A stretch of DNA of 64,000 nt from Lama guanicoe (Eukaryota), in assembly GCA_013239625.1 (NCBI GenBank), contig MU053376.1, forward strand, positions 1,016,833 to 1,080,832. The letters are read 5' to 3'. Shown piece after piece: positions 1-11,600 of this stretch. Each line of letters starts with the position of its first letter. Within the stretch, counting starts at the first letter, position 1. A program made the translations under genes and the position numbers. Below the pieces are notes generated by a model that was not told where the DNA came from, searched no databases, and saw only the letters and a program-made list of their open reading frames with translations.

Positions 1-129
1 AATGAAGGCTTAACCCACAGTTGCGTGTCTTAAAAATACACACAAGTAACACTGTCCTGCTGTAACAATATCACAGAAAGAGACAGCGCAGGAAGGGAGG
101 GTAAGAACTGACGTTTGTGCCAAAGCAAT

Positions 130-2460
130 TTTCTTTTGTTATTGCACTTTTATTCTACACACTTAGTATGTTACACTTTTATTTAACACTGTAATAATAA
201 ACATTAGTCCTTTAAAACAAACAAAAATGTTACATAAAGACAAAAGACAACAAGCTGTCCAGACCAATTTCCTTTTCAGCCCTCTGAGAAAGGTGCCCCC
301 CGACTATCAGGTGTTTACACAGGGTCTCTGCCATCAGCTCAAATGGACTGGATGTTAACAAAGCAGATGAAGTTAAAAACTAAAACCCTTTTAAGAACAG
401 TAGTGCTACTTAAAAACCCCCAAGGGAATTTGCAATACAGGTTTCTCTAGGTTACTTCCTCCTAACCCACTTTAACAGCATACTAGCCCTAACCCACGCC
501 ACTCCCATGTTTAGAAGGATAAACTCTCTTTTTTTCTTTTAAAGAAAAAGTGGGTTATTTGATCCAGCAAATCCAAAAATCAAGCTTTGAAAACTCAAAG
601 AAAGCAACTACTCTTTCTGGCGGTGGACTCTTCGAGGGCCATTCATCCCTCTCTGCTGCATCATGGACTTCGGAGTTTCCCTGCTTAGTCAGATGGAATA
701 CCGCACAGGCCTTCTCTCCAAAGCAAGGCGAGACGGAGTCACCAAAGTGCCATTTTAATCACCAACCCCCCACGGCTTCTCAGTGCTAAAGAATGAGCCA
801 CAAAATAAAGTGTCGTTCAGTGCAGTTATCACTTTGCAGCCCTGCCACCCCAAACCACTCATCCGATCAGGAAAAACGTTTGCCAACCCTTCTTGGGCAG
901 CTCAAGCAAAAATGCAAAACAATGCACTGGAGAGCTGACAGGTCCCAGCTGAGGGTTCTTCCAGTCCCTCGTTTCTATCCGTGGTAGTAATGGATCCTTC
1001 CCTTCACTCTTTCCTTGAATTTTAGTGTTAAAAATTAGGAGAAGTTGCTGCCGAGGCTCTGTCCCCTTGAAACTGATGGAGTCACAAGGACTCTCTTTGG
1101 TCTGGAAAGAACCAGCACAGTCCTCCTCCTCAGAGAAGTGAAAGACTTGCTCAATCAATGAGTCACTCTCTGCAGAGGATCCAGGGGACCAGGGTGTGCC
1201 TGCGGAAACCTCACCCCAGCGAGCATCCCTCAGCCCACCCAAGCTGTCCTTGCCTCGCCGCTGGCTCCCCAGGCACAATGTCAGCTACTCTGGGGCCCCG
1301 GGCTCCGCCATGTTTTCTGATTGCTCTGCAGGAAGGTCCCTCACTCGGTTCTGAAGCAATGTAAGTGACCAGACTTCAAGCGCATTAAAAATGGCCAGGT
1401 GATCATTTTCAGGCTGGGGTAAACTGCCCTAATTAAGTGGATAAGAAGGACAGAACGCAGGAAGGCTAATTCTTTCATCCCATCCTTCCTTCCCCAGCCA
1501 CAATCTCACCTCACCACTTGGGAGCACATACAACCAAAGCTAGGAGGTAAAATCTTCAGGACTTTGGTCTTGCTGAGCCCTCTGTATCCCAAGTGCTGCC
1601 AGACTTCGAATATCTAGTGTCTTCCCGAGTAATATACAATACAGTACATTTCTGGCATCCCATCACTTAAATAACGGGTGCCAAGGAACAAAGAACCCAA
1701 AATTAGCAGACAATGTTATAAAACAAAAGCAAAGTGTACATATGTTATACGTATGTATTCCTGTACTCAGCCCGCTGAGTGTTTAAATAACACTTCCAAA
1801 TACCGACACGTGGACTTCGGCTGGCCCGGAGACTTTCAGGAATATTTTGCACCTTGTCTCAGAATACTCTTTTTTTAATGAACTATATAACACAACTAGA
1901 CATCTCCTTTACTAAGTACTAGCCCCTCCCTTGCTCTCTCTCCCTGCTCAGACAAAAAATGCGGGGATCTGCCAGAAAACTGGTGTCTGAGAGCAGACTA
2001 AGCTACAGGGGATAAACTGGAAAGGGACTCTGGCTGGAGAAAAACCTGACCTCCTCTGTGTAAATGGGAGTAAGAACTAAGACTTCCGAAGAATGTCAGG
2101 AATGTGGTCTCCACAATGGGAGCACTGAGTCCTGATTATAGCTAGAGTTAAAAGACAGTCTGGAAAAGGGAACTATGTAAGACCTTTCTTGAGATTTTAT
2201 ACAGAACAGATTTATACTGAGTTTTCGGCTAAAGGAGTAGCTTGGGGCAGGAGTGAACTGCTGAATATGCTCAGACGGCCACCCAAATCTTCAAATCTTC
2301 ACTCTCCGGGAGTCGTCTCTGTCTGGGAGGGTCTCAAGTTGCCCAGCAAGCATCAATCCCCTCGGGAGCTCTCCTTACGGAATAAATGTCAAACTCTTCC
2401 CATAGCCAAAAGGTGAGGGGAAGGGAAGGAATAGAGAGCGAAAGAGACAGGTCTTTGCTT
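130..2460 (-). other. DSTYK: DSTYK 3' UTR (3' end approximate)
   Basis: Repeat-poor sequence between the stop codon and the tandem AATAAA signals. Confidence 0.65.
148..183 (-). terminator. Tandem polyadenylation signals of DSTYK
   Basis: Minus-strand AATAAA at 183-178 and 153-148, followed by GU/U-rich TGTCTCTTTCTGTGATATTGTT at about 85-64. Confidence 0.6.
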
Positions 2461-2648
2461 TCAAGTAGAATCGTCCAGTCCTCTGTTAGGCCTCTCAGAA
2501 TGGGACTTGCAGAGCCGGTCCATGATGCCCTGGAGCATGGGCTGGACAATGCCCAAGAGGGGTCTCTGAGAGGGGTCACCATCCCAGCAGGCTTCCATCA
2601 ACTGCCAGCACTCCTCGTCAAACACAGGAAGGCGTTCTGGACGGGCCC
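2461..2648 (-). CDS. DSTYK: DSTYK exon 13, coding part
   Basis: [32 protein letters not shown]...GLDDST, stop TGA at 2463-2461. Confidence 0.96.
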
Positions 2649-5600
2649 CTGGGGAAAGGAGCACAGGAACAAGACCAGAGGCAGCGAGACGGGGACCAGC
2701 CCGAGCAAGCGGCACGACGGGCTCGGCTCATTGCCCAGCTGGGGCTCCGGGTGCTTAAGAACGCAGTGAGCTGACTCCCACTGCAAACACCTAGGTCAGA
2801 GCCTAACAGTGACAGTGATGAACAGCTGTAACATGCTGGCAAAGGAAGTTGAAGAATTAAGAGATTTTAAAGAACACAGCCTCTCAAGAGTTCAGTACCA
2901 TGCTGCCTGGAAGCCAAGGTTCGACTTAAATGTCTTTTCTGAGGGAGGAGGGTACAGCTCAGTGGGTACAGCTCAGTGGCAGAGTGCACGCCCTAGCGTG
3001 CGTGAGGTCCTGGGTTCCATCCCCAGTGCCTCCGTTTAAAAATAAGCTAATTAATCAATAAACCTAATTACCTCTCCCCCCCAAAATGTCTTTTCTGGAT
3101 TCCATGATGGTTTAAATGTGTACGTGGTCCTGCCGTGGAGGGGCCAGAGAGGGTGACAGGAGGCCCCCGCTGCAGTGCCCGGTCCCGGTCTGCTCTCGCC
3201 AGAGGAGTTTGGGACAGACAGGGCTGGTGGCTCTTACCTCTCCGCACGTTGTTCCAGAGATGGTCTTTGCTGGCACACCGCTCAAATGCCTCGGGGAGCC
3301 TGACAGAGCCTGAGCAGATATACCAGAAGAGAATGCCGAACGCGTAGACATCCACAGAATTATCGTACTTCCCTACAGCAAGAAAGGGGGACAAGCGGTG
3401 AGGGAGCGCGGGAAGCGGCGGCACCTGCCGAGGTCTTTACATATTCTGTTCTACAGCTTTTAACATCCGTTCTCTCTTACAACAACCCTGTGAGGCCAGA
3501 CACGTTTATGGTGCCCATTTTATGGTACAAAAAAACTACCATACTGGGAGGTCAAAGCTAGAGATCAAGAGAGCCAAGACTAGAACTTGACAAAGGAGAA
3601 AGAACATAGGCCTTTTATTTCAGTAGGACAGGCAAAAAGATTAATCCTGAAAGGTCATGTTAGGGAAACACAAACGGGTAGATAGGTTGGAACCAGAATC
3701 TAAAGAGTTTCAAAGTCAAAGTCAGACAGAGGAGTCTGGCTTCGGTGGGCAGCAGGAGTCACTTATGCTTTAGAGCAGGAGGTGACATGAAGAAAATATT
3801 TTAGGAAGATGATTTTTACAGCAGTAGGCGGAACTGCAGTAGAAACAATCAAAGGAATTTAAATATGAAGGAGCCAAGATAAAATAATAGAAGTGGAAAT
3901 ACAAATTTTTTTAAAGTAAATCAGGGAAAGAACGATGCTGACTGTCTGCTTCTTTCCAGCGTGCACAGGACCCCAGCTGTCCAGCCACCTCCTACCACCT
4001 CCTAACCCGTACGTGCGTCTCTCAGTGAAGGGCTGGGGGAAGACTTGTGCCCAAGGCTGATGACAGAAATCCAAACGCCTTGCTAATTTTAATTCTTACC
4101 GATATTAACAGCTGACCTGCAATTACCCTTCCGTCTTGTCTGGCAATGACACAAGCTTCCTCAAGTATTCAGATTCATTTTAGCCGTTCTTTTTCTGTTC
4201 ATTTACCCATATCAAGTTAATAATAAAATCTTGCCCACTCCTCTTCTGAACTGACCTTAAATCTGTAACTGTTTCGTTTTGTTTTGTTTTCAGCCCTAGT
4301 ACCAACCTAATTCTGGAGACAACCACCACTGGTCTCCCTATCTTGGTTCCTGCCAGTCACATCCCCCTTACCTACTGCTGTTAAACATTTCCACAAACAT
4401 CTTCCATAAACATTTCTTTTCATCCCTCACTTGCTCAAAAGCCCAATACAGCTCCTCGCTTCTTCCACATCAAGCCTTCACTCCGCTGCATGAATTTCAA
4501 GCTGAAATATAGTTAATGTCCAACTTGTTTGTTCTTTCCCCCCAAATGGATTTCTTTCCTGTCATGCTTATTTCTATTCGGCAACTTTCCTCACATTTCC
4601 CCTTGTCCAGCCTCCAGAATTTTCTTTTTCATAACATGGTTGGACTTTACAGACAGGAAGACCTAGACTCCAATCCCAGCCTTAAGGCTTCTAACTCAGT
4701 GTCCTGGGGTGGGTGTCTGCACCAGTCTGGCCTCGCCTTAGCTTTATCCATGACATGCACATAAACATGCATCAGCATCACCATGGAATTGTTGTGAGGA
4801 TCAAATGGAACAAAATATATGAAACAATATACCCACGCTGCCTAGCTCAAAGAATGTACTGAGTTCCCTTCCCATTTACCAAATTCTCCAGATCTGACTC
4901 AATTTCTATACAAAACCTCACCTCTACCACAAAACCACCAAACGTCTCTCCTCTGAACACGAACATCACATTGTGTAGCACTTAATCACATGCTGTCGTA
5001 TGCTGCTTCCTACTTATTTTACCCGTCTTAATAGATCTCCGTCATCTGTAAGTTCTTTATTGATAGGGGATGATTCTTATTATTTGAGAGTTATTCAATC
5101 AATATGTTTGGATTAAATAGCTGGTTGATTATGGCAATTGTGGGACTAACAGCCCAGAGAGAATCCAAAAGAACAGTTGGTGACCCAGATTTACACGTTT
5201 CTTTCTCACTCCTTTACCTCTTCACTTTTCCCCCTACTCATCTTAGGCTCCCCCAGTTCTGGTTTCTCCCTCGCTGGTGTCAGACCTTCCAGCAGTACTT
5301 GTGGACACTACTCAGCCCAAGGGGCAGCACTCAGGGTTAAAATATGGAGCCCTGCCAAACCCACGCCCGCCCTCCAGCTTACCTGTGAAAAGTTCAGGGG
5401 CCATATGGATTGGTGTCCCCACAATGCTGCCTGACATCATGGCCTCTGGCTTGCAGAATCCTAAGTCAGTGATCTTGGCACGGTTCTGCTTGTCCAACTG
5501 CCAACAAAGCAGGGCGAGAGTCACCGTGTGCCTGGTCCTGCACGTGGCGCTCGGTTGCATACCCAAGCTCAAAAGTAGGCATCTACCTCAAAGTGGTACT

Positions 5601-8600
5601 TAATCAATTCTGCCTCCAGCCTCCCTGGCTCCAGGTTCACTCCCATCACTGTCTTCTCCCCAGACTGTAAGCAGCCTAATGGCAAGGACTGTCTTCTCCA
5701 TCTCTGTGTCCCCAGCACTCAGCACAGTGCCTGGCACATACTGGGAGCTTAGAGAATCTTGGAAGAATGAATAAGTGAAAGACTCTCAGGAAAGTATTTC
5801 AGCTCCTGATTATTCTCCTCTGACCTCCAGACCCCAGGGCAGAAAATTACTAAAAAAGAAAGTTGAGGTCCTCCGGTCAGCTGAGGAGAGTTTCTGAATT
5901 TCCTGCAGTTTCCTTTCCTAAGGTCCAAGACAATAAATCTGTTTCATTTGGCTTTTGGCATGCCTCTTAGGTTTCAGCCTATAATTTCAGGAAAATATTT
6001 CGCTTCCCCCCAAACTGCTATCATCTTTCTATATCACTTACATGTTACCAGAGATAATTCAATAATAATCCAATATATTTTCAAGAGGAGTATGCCAGAA
6101 GACTCTTACAATTTAGATAACAGGACTGGTGGGTTCACAACTATCTTACCTTTTAAGGTGTATTTACCCATCTCAGTCCTCATGCAGCATCTCTGATCAA
6201 ACCCTAAGCAATAGTAAGACCTGGAATACTCAAAAATATCAATGTCCCAAAAGCCAAAAAAAGGTAGGACTATTCTACATTAAAAGAGGATAAGGAAACC
6301 GGACAAAATACACTGTATGATTCTTGGACTGGAACAAGCAAACAAATAGACCATATTTGGGACAGTTAAACATATTTGGGACAACTAGAAAATATTAATG
6401 TAGACTGTATATTAACTAATAAACACTGTATCAACTTAAAATTTCTTGAGTGTGATAATGGCATTTTAATTACATGGAAGAATGTCCTTTTCCTTAGAAG
6501 ATAAAAGCTGAAGTATTTAGCAGTAAAGTTTTATCTGCACCTTTCATATAGTTCAGTAAGAAAAAAAAAGTGTATATGCATGTGTGTGTAGATGGCGGAG
6601 AGAGAGAGAGACTACGCTGGGAGAGAGAACATGAATCTGGGGGAACAGTATATGGGTCTTCACTGTACTGCTCTTTTAGTTTTTCTGTAAGTTTAAATGT
6701 TTTCACCAGTGTTGGGAGAAAAAGCCTTCAGCAATTGAAGCTGGGCCTATGATGCTACACCTCCCTAAGCTATAAACCCAAGACCCCATCCATCTACTCT
6801 GCTGTCACCCCTCCTCCTCTTCCTCCAGTCTCTTCCTGCATACCGCCCTCCAAAGGTCACTGACACACAGAGGCGGGGAGTTACCTTGGGGAAACGGCTC
6901 TTACTCACCAGCACATTTTTCAGTTTGATATCACGATGGACAAGTCCCTGGCTGTGCAGGAAGCGGATTCCTTCCACCACATCTAGTGCTATCTGCAAGC
7001 GTGTCTCCAGGGTCAGCCCAGCCTGGGGAAGACAAAAGGGCTTACTTGTCATTAACAAGATGATAACCACTCAATCCAACTTGCTTAAACCAACAGTTCT
7101 TTCTGTGGGGGCCTGAAGGACTGGCCACACCAGGGTGCACGAGGGAAGAAAAGTGGATGAGAAAAGGGAAGAAGGAGGCAGTTAGGAGAGGGAAACTGAG
7201 GACAAGCCAGGCAAGGCAAGCCGTAAAGGCCAGATCAAGTCCCCTGGAGGCAGCACTCAGGCCTGCTGGATGACCCCAACGTGAGCAGGGAGACTCGACT
7301 CAACGCCTGAAGGCCTCCGCTCATCTCTAACCCTGAACAAACTCTGGAGCTGCCTTTGCTGCTCAAACGAAGTATTTCCAGGACTCTCAGATTTATTTCC
7401 ATGGCTTTGTAGGCCTGGTTAGCCCAGGTTTGGTTTTATGGATTCACATACCAACATCACTCATCTTACTTCTACCAAGCCTCCAATTTAGGGGCTACTG
7501 AATTCTGGAGAACGTTACCTCACGCATCCAAAAGCCCGTGAATGGTTCTCTAACCCGCTTATGGAAAAGCAAGCACAGTGCTGAGTTTAACTCTTCTGAA
7601 ACGAAGAGGGATAACCACTTGGAGAGTCATTTTCTTCATCGCATTGATTTCTCATGACACCTGTAAGCATTTCTAAGGATTCCTCTGTCTTACTTCTGGA
7701 AGCTTTCATATAAACTGGTACAAGAGGCATCTGGCAGAAGGGACCTACCAGATACTCCGAGGTTAGCTTTTCCAGCTCCAATGTACGGGAGAAAACAAAA
7801 GAAACCTCTCTATGTCCCTCGTGGTGGCTGTTTCAGACGAGGGAAACTTAACATTCAACTGAGGACACTTCACCTTCATTCAGAATCTTTCAGTAGCCTC
7901 TCATTGTCTACAACAGAATTTGAATTCTATGGAAATTCTTAACATTCTTGGTGTTCTATAATTTGTTCCCAACATTTTTTTTTGCAAATTATCTCCCCTC
8001 TATTCCTAACATGAACCAGCTGCTCCAACATGACTAGCGTCCTTCAAGTGTTCTGGGCACTATGCGACTCCTCCCCCTGGTGTGGCCTCTTCTTTCCATC
8101 TGCCTAAATTTTACCCAGCAGGGGAGACTTTTCAAACTCAAATGCTACCTGTTCATGAAATATTCACTGACTACAATTCTTTTAAAAGCCTCTGGCCAAT
8201 TATACTTTTTGATATCCCCTTATGTGCTTAACACATGTTTTGCACAAAATAGTCACTAATAAATATTTGTCGACAACAAAAACTGGCTTTATTCATTGAG
8301 AGCAAAAAAGGAGAAAGAACAGGCGAGTTACAGGAAGGTCTTCTGCTCTTCTGCGAGGGCTAGACTTTTACCACTACCACATGAGGTCAAAGTGGCAAAC
8401 TGCAGTTTTCTGGTTATAAACTGGGTCAAAAAACAGACTCTGAGAAATTTTTAAGTCTTTTTGGAAATACAGGTAATAAAATGTGATTACTCCAACCATG
8501 TCTGATGACAGCTAGATGCTTTAAACAGAGAAGGGAGGAGAGGCCAGAGAGGAGCCTGCGGCCCTGGCTGCCTTGTTCGCCCTCCCGGCCCCGCCCACCT

Positions 8601-11600
8601 TCAGCGGATCCGCCTGCCGGCCCCGCCCCACCTTCAGCCCAGTGTAGAGGTCGCTGTGCAGCCGCTCCATGATGAGCAGCACGGCGATGCTGGAGCCGCC
8701 TCCGTAGTTGTAGTCGATGACGGAACCGTGCAGGTCCACCAGCCGCTCGTGCTTCGGCAGAGACCTGGCGAGGAGCAGAGAGGGCTGGGCTACGGCGCTT
8801 TGGCGCTAATCTCGGGCAGCACGCTGCCACGGGGGAAGAAATGCCCTGAGCCCACGCTTAGTCCAGGCCCGGAGGTAATGGCCCTCAGGACAGAGAGAGG
8901 GCCAGGAGGATGGGCTCTCAACAAGGACAGAGAATGATGGAATCTAAACGTTAACTGCACTGGGAAAGGTATAGCTCAAGTGGTAGGGCCTATGTTTAGC
9001 ATGCAGGAGGTCCTGGGTTCAATCCCAGGTACCTCCTCTAAAAATAAATAAACAAGTGAACCTAATTACCTCTCCCTCCCAACTCCCCCCCAAATTAGAA
9101 ACAAAAACTTCTTTTTAATTGGTAAGTCTTGAGGACTAAGGAAGCAAGTCAAATGGCAGGGTGGGCCTGAGAAATTAGGATGGTGGGGAAAGGGCAGGGC
9201 AAGGCAGTAAAGGCCTTGAAGAGAGCATATGTCTGGGCCAGACACTGAAATACCGGTCTACAGCATTGTGAAAGGTAGGAATGGAGAGACAAGGCATGCT
9301 ATAGCTCCTGGCACAAAATTTCTACCAGGCTTCTAGCTTCTTCTCTGGATCGTTTCCCACAAAGATGAATGAGACCAGAACCGACCTCATGTAGTGAAAC
9401 TCCAAAGCCAGGTCATTCCAGTGCTTCTCATCTGGAGGGACAACCGACTTCAGGGCACAAGGGAAGTGTCCCCCCCAACTGTCACACAGGTACACCACGC
9501 CATACTGGCCCCGGCCCAGCTCCTGGCCCAGTTTAGGTTTACCTGTAAGGTACAGAGACAGAGATAAGGCAGGAGGGATGGGAACCTGAGGGGCAACACC
9601 CCTAAGATTCTTGGGCGCAGGTCTGCTTAGAAGCAGGGAGTAGTAATTATACCAGGAAAAGAAATTAGGATGCTTCCTAGACCAGGAGTAACCTAACTGG
9701 TTTAATTTAAATCAACTTTGGTCATGTTATTTGAACTATATAAACAGACTTCAGGAATTCAAAAATACATCAGTGGGTGTTGAGGCAGCTTTGCACGGAA
9801 GCAGTTTTAGACGCTGGGGTTCTCTGAAGTTGGACATGAGAATGTCGGGTATCCAGAACCCTCCTCCAATTTACTGGGGGAAAAATAAGGACTCACGGTG
9901 CAGTAAGACGTCCTGCAAAGAACGGCTTTCCAGTGAAAGGCGGGCCAGGCGGGGAGCGTGATCTTTCCGAACCTTCAGCCATAGATCTTCAGTTTTCTCC
10001 AAACGGCCTGAGTGGCCAGCTTCCAGCTGGGAGGGAGAAAGAAGAAAGGAATATACCTATCAGGTCTCCAGCTTTGGCTTCCTCACCTATTATATAGGGA
10101 TAATAATATCTACCACGTGAGGATACGTAACATAGCTCAGAGATCGGCACATACTGAGCTCTCCCTAAGCAATGACTTCTCCTCTTGGATGCATAATCAC
10201 ACCCTCCCACCCTCCCCTCTACACGTATGTACACACGCACAGACACACGGCCCAGAGGGACAAGCACATGTCACATAATTGCAAACTAGTATGGAAGTGG
10301 AAAGTCATCCCTTTCTGTCTCTTGTTCCTAAAATACTACATAAACTCACATAAAATTCCTATCCCTTGATTTTCATTCCTCACTCAGTGAAATGGGGAAA
10401 AATTGAGTTCCCTCCATTCTCTCTAAAGCTAGAAAAATATCCACATTACAAATTTATTGATGAAACTTCCTGTAACCTAGTATTATCTCTTAACAGAATA
10501 GAAAGAAAATATACTGATGATTTTTTAAAATGATATAAAGAGCAGCAGACAAAACATTCCCCAGTGGATGAGGTTCTCCTCTGCTTGATCCATCTGTATC
10601 TGCTTTCCTACATACCCACCTGCCGCAAGGAGGCTGCAAAAGCCTCATGAGAACTATTGAGCCGAGTCCGGAATTGGCTGCAAATGCTCTTGGCCAACTT
10701 GGAGGCACTGAGGCTCTCAATGGCCTCCTGGGCCACCTTCCTCTTCCACTCCAGTGTGATGGCAGGTGGGCTCACCCATGTGATGCGCTGGATGATCTGT
10801 CCGGATGAGGACAGTGAGAACATGGAAGGATGAGAGCCAGGAACCACTAGAAAGAACCAACAGCCTCCCCTCTTTGGATTACCCCCTCACTAGGCGCAGG
10901 CTTTTAAGACAGGAGCTGAATGAAGCCCAACACTCCTCTCCAATTCCATCTAATCAGGGCTCAGCTAAAAGAAAGGCATCAGAGAACACTGGGCCTAGTC
11001 TTCATGTTCACAAACCCTCAGCACACTGCACATTCAGTGCAGGGGGTGCCTGATACATCCCTTTCTCAAGTCAGCAAATAACTCTACATAAGAGCCAGAT
11101 CAAATTCCAGAAAAGAAACCACACTTGTGGCCTCCAGCAACAAAGCCTGGTTCCGAGAAACAACTAAGGTTAGAAAAAGAAATACGAAGAAGTCAGTGAA
11201 GTAGAGTCTTGTGGCTAAAATATTATTAAATATCATAAAATATCATTTAGACACATCACTTTTAAGAGCTAAAGGGGGCACTGTTGAAAATTATTTCGGA
11301 ACAGGCATAAACCAGAGTTCTCCCAGGCAGGGAGACTAGGGCCCATGGTCACCCTACACCGACAGAAGATCCTAGGCGTCAGTTTTTGTTGGAGTGACTA
11401 AGATTCATTTGAAACAACTAGGGGCTGGAAAATGTTTCCCTAAGCAACCTCTACCTGTTTGATTTGCTCCCACAGCATCCTTGTAACTGAGGACCCTGAG
11501 TGAAATGTGACTTCAACATGATAGGCAGCATTTAAGATCTGAAAGAGAATACAGAAAAGAAAATCCATATGCCATGAGTAGAGTGGCTAGTTTTTAAAAA

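Noticed and set aside
550..2416. Short ORFs within the DSTYK 3' UTR
   Set aside because: No recognisable homology or splice context; lengths are compatible with chance
5440..5480. DLG instead of DFG as a sign of a pseudokinase
   Set aside because: DLG is the normal DSTYK sequence as I recall it, and the catalytic Lys, HRD..N and Asp are all present
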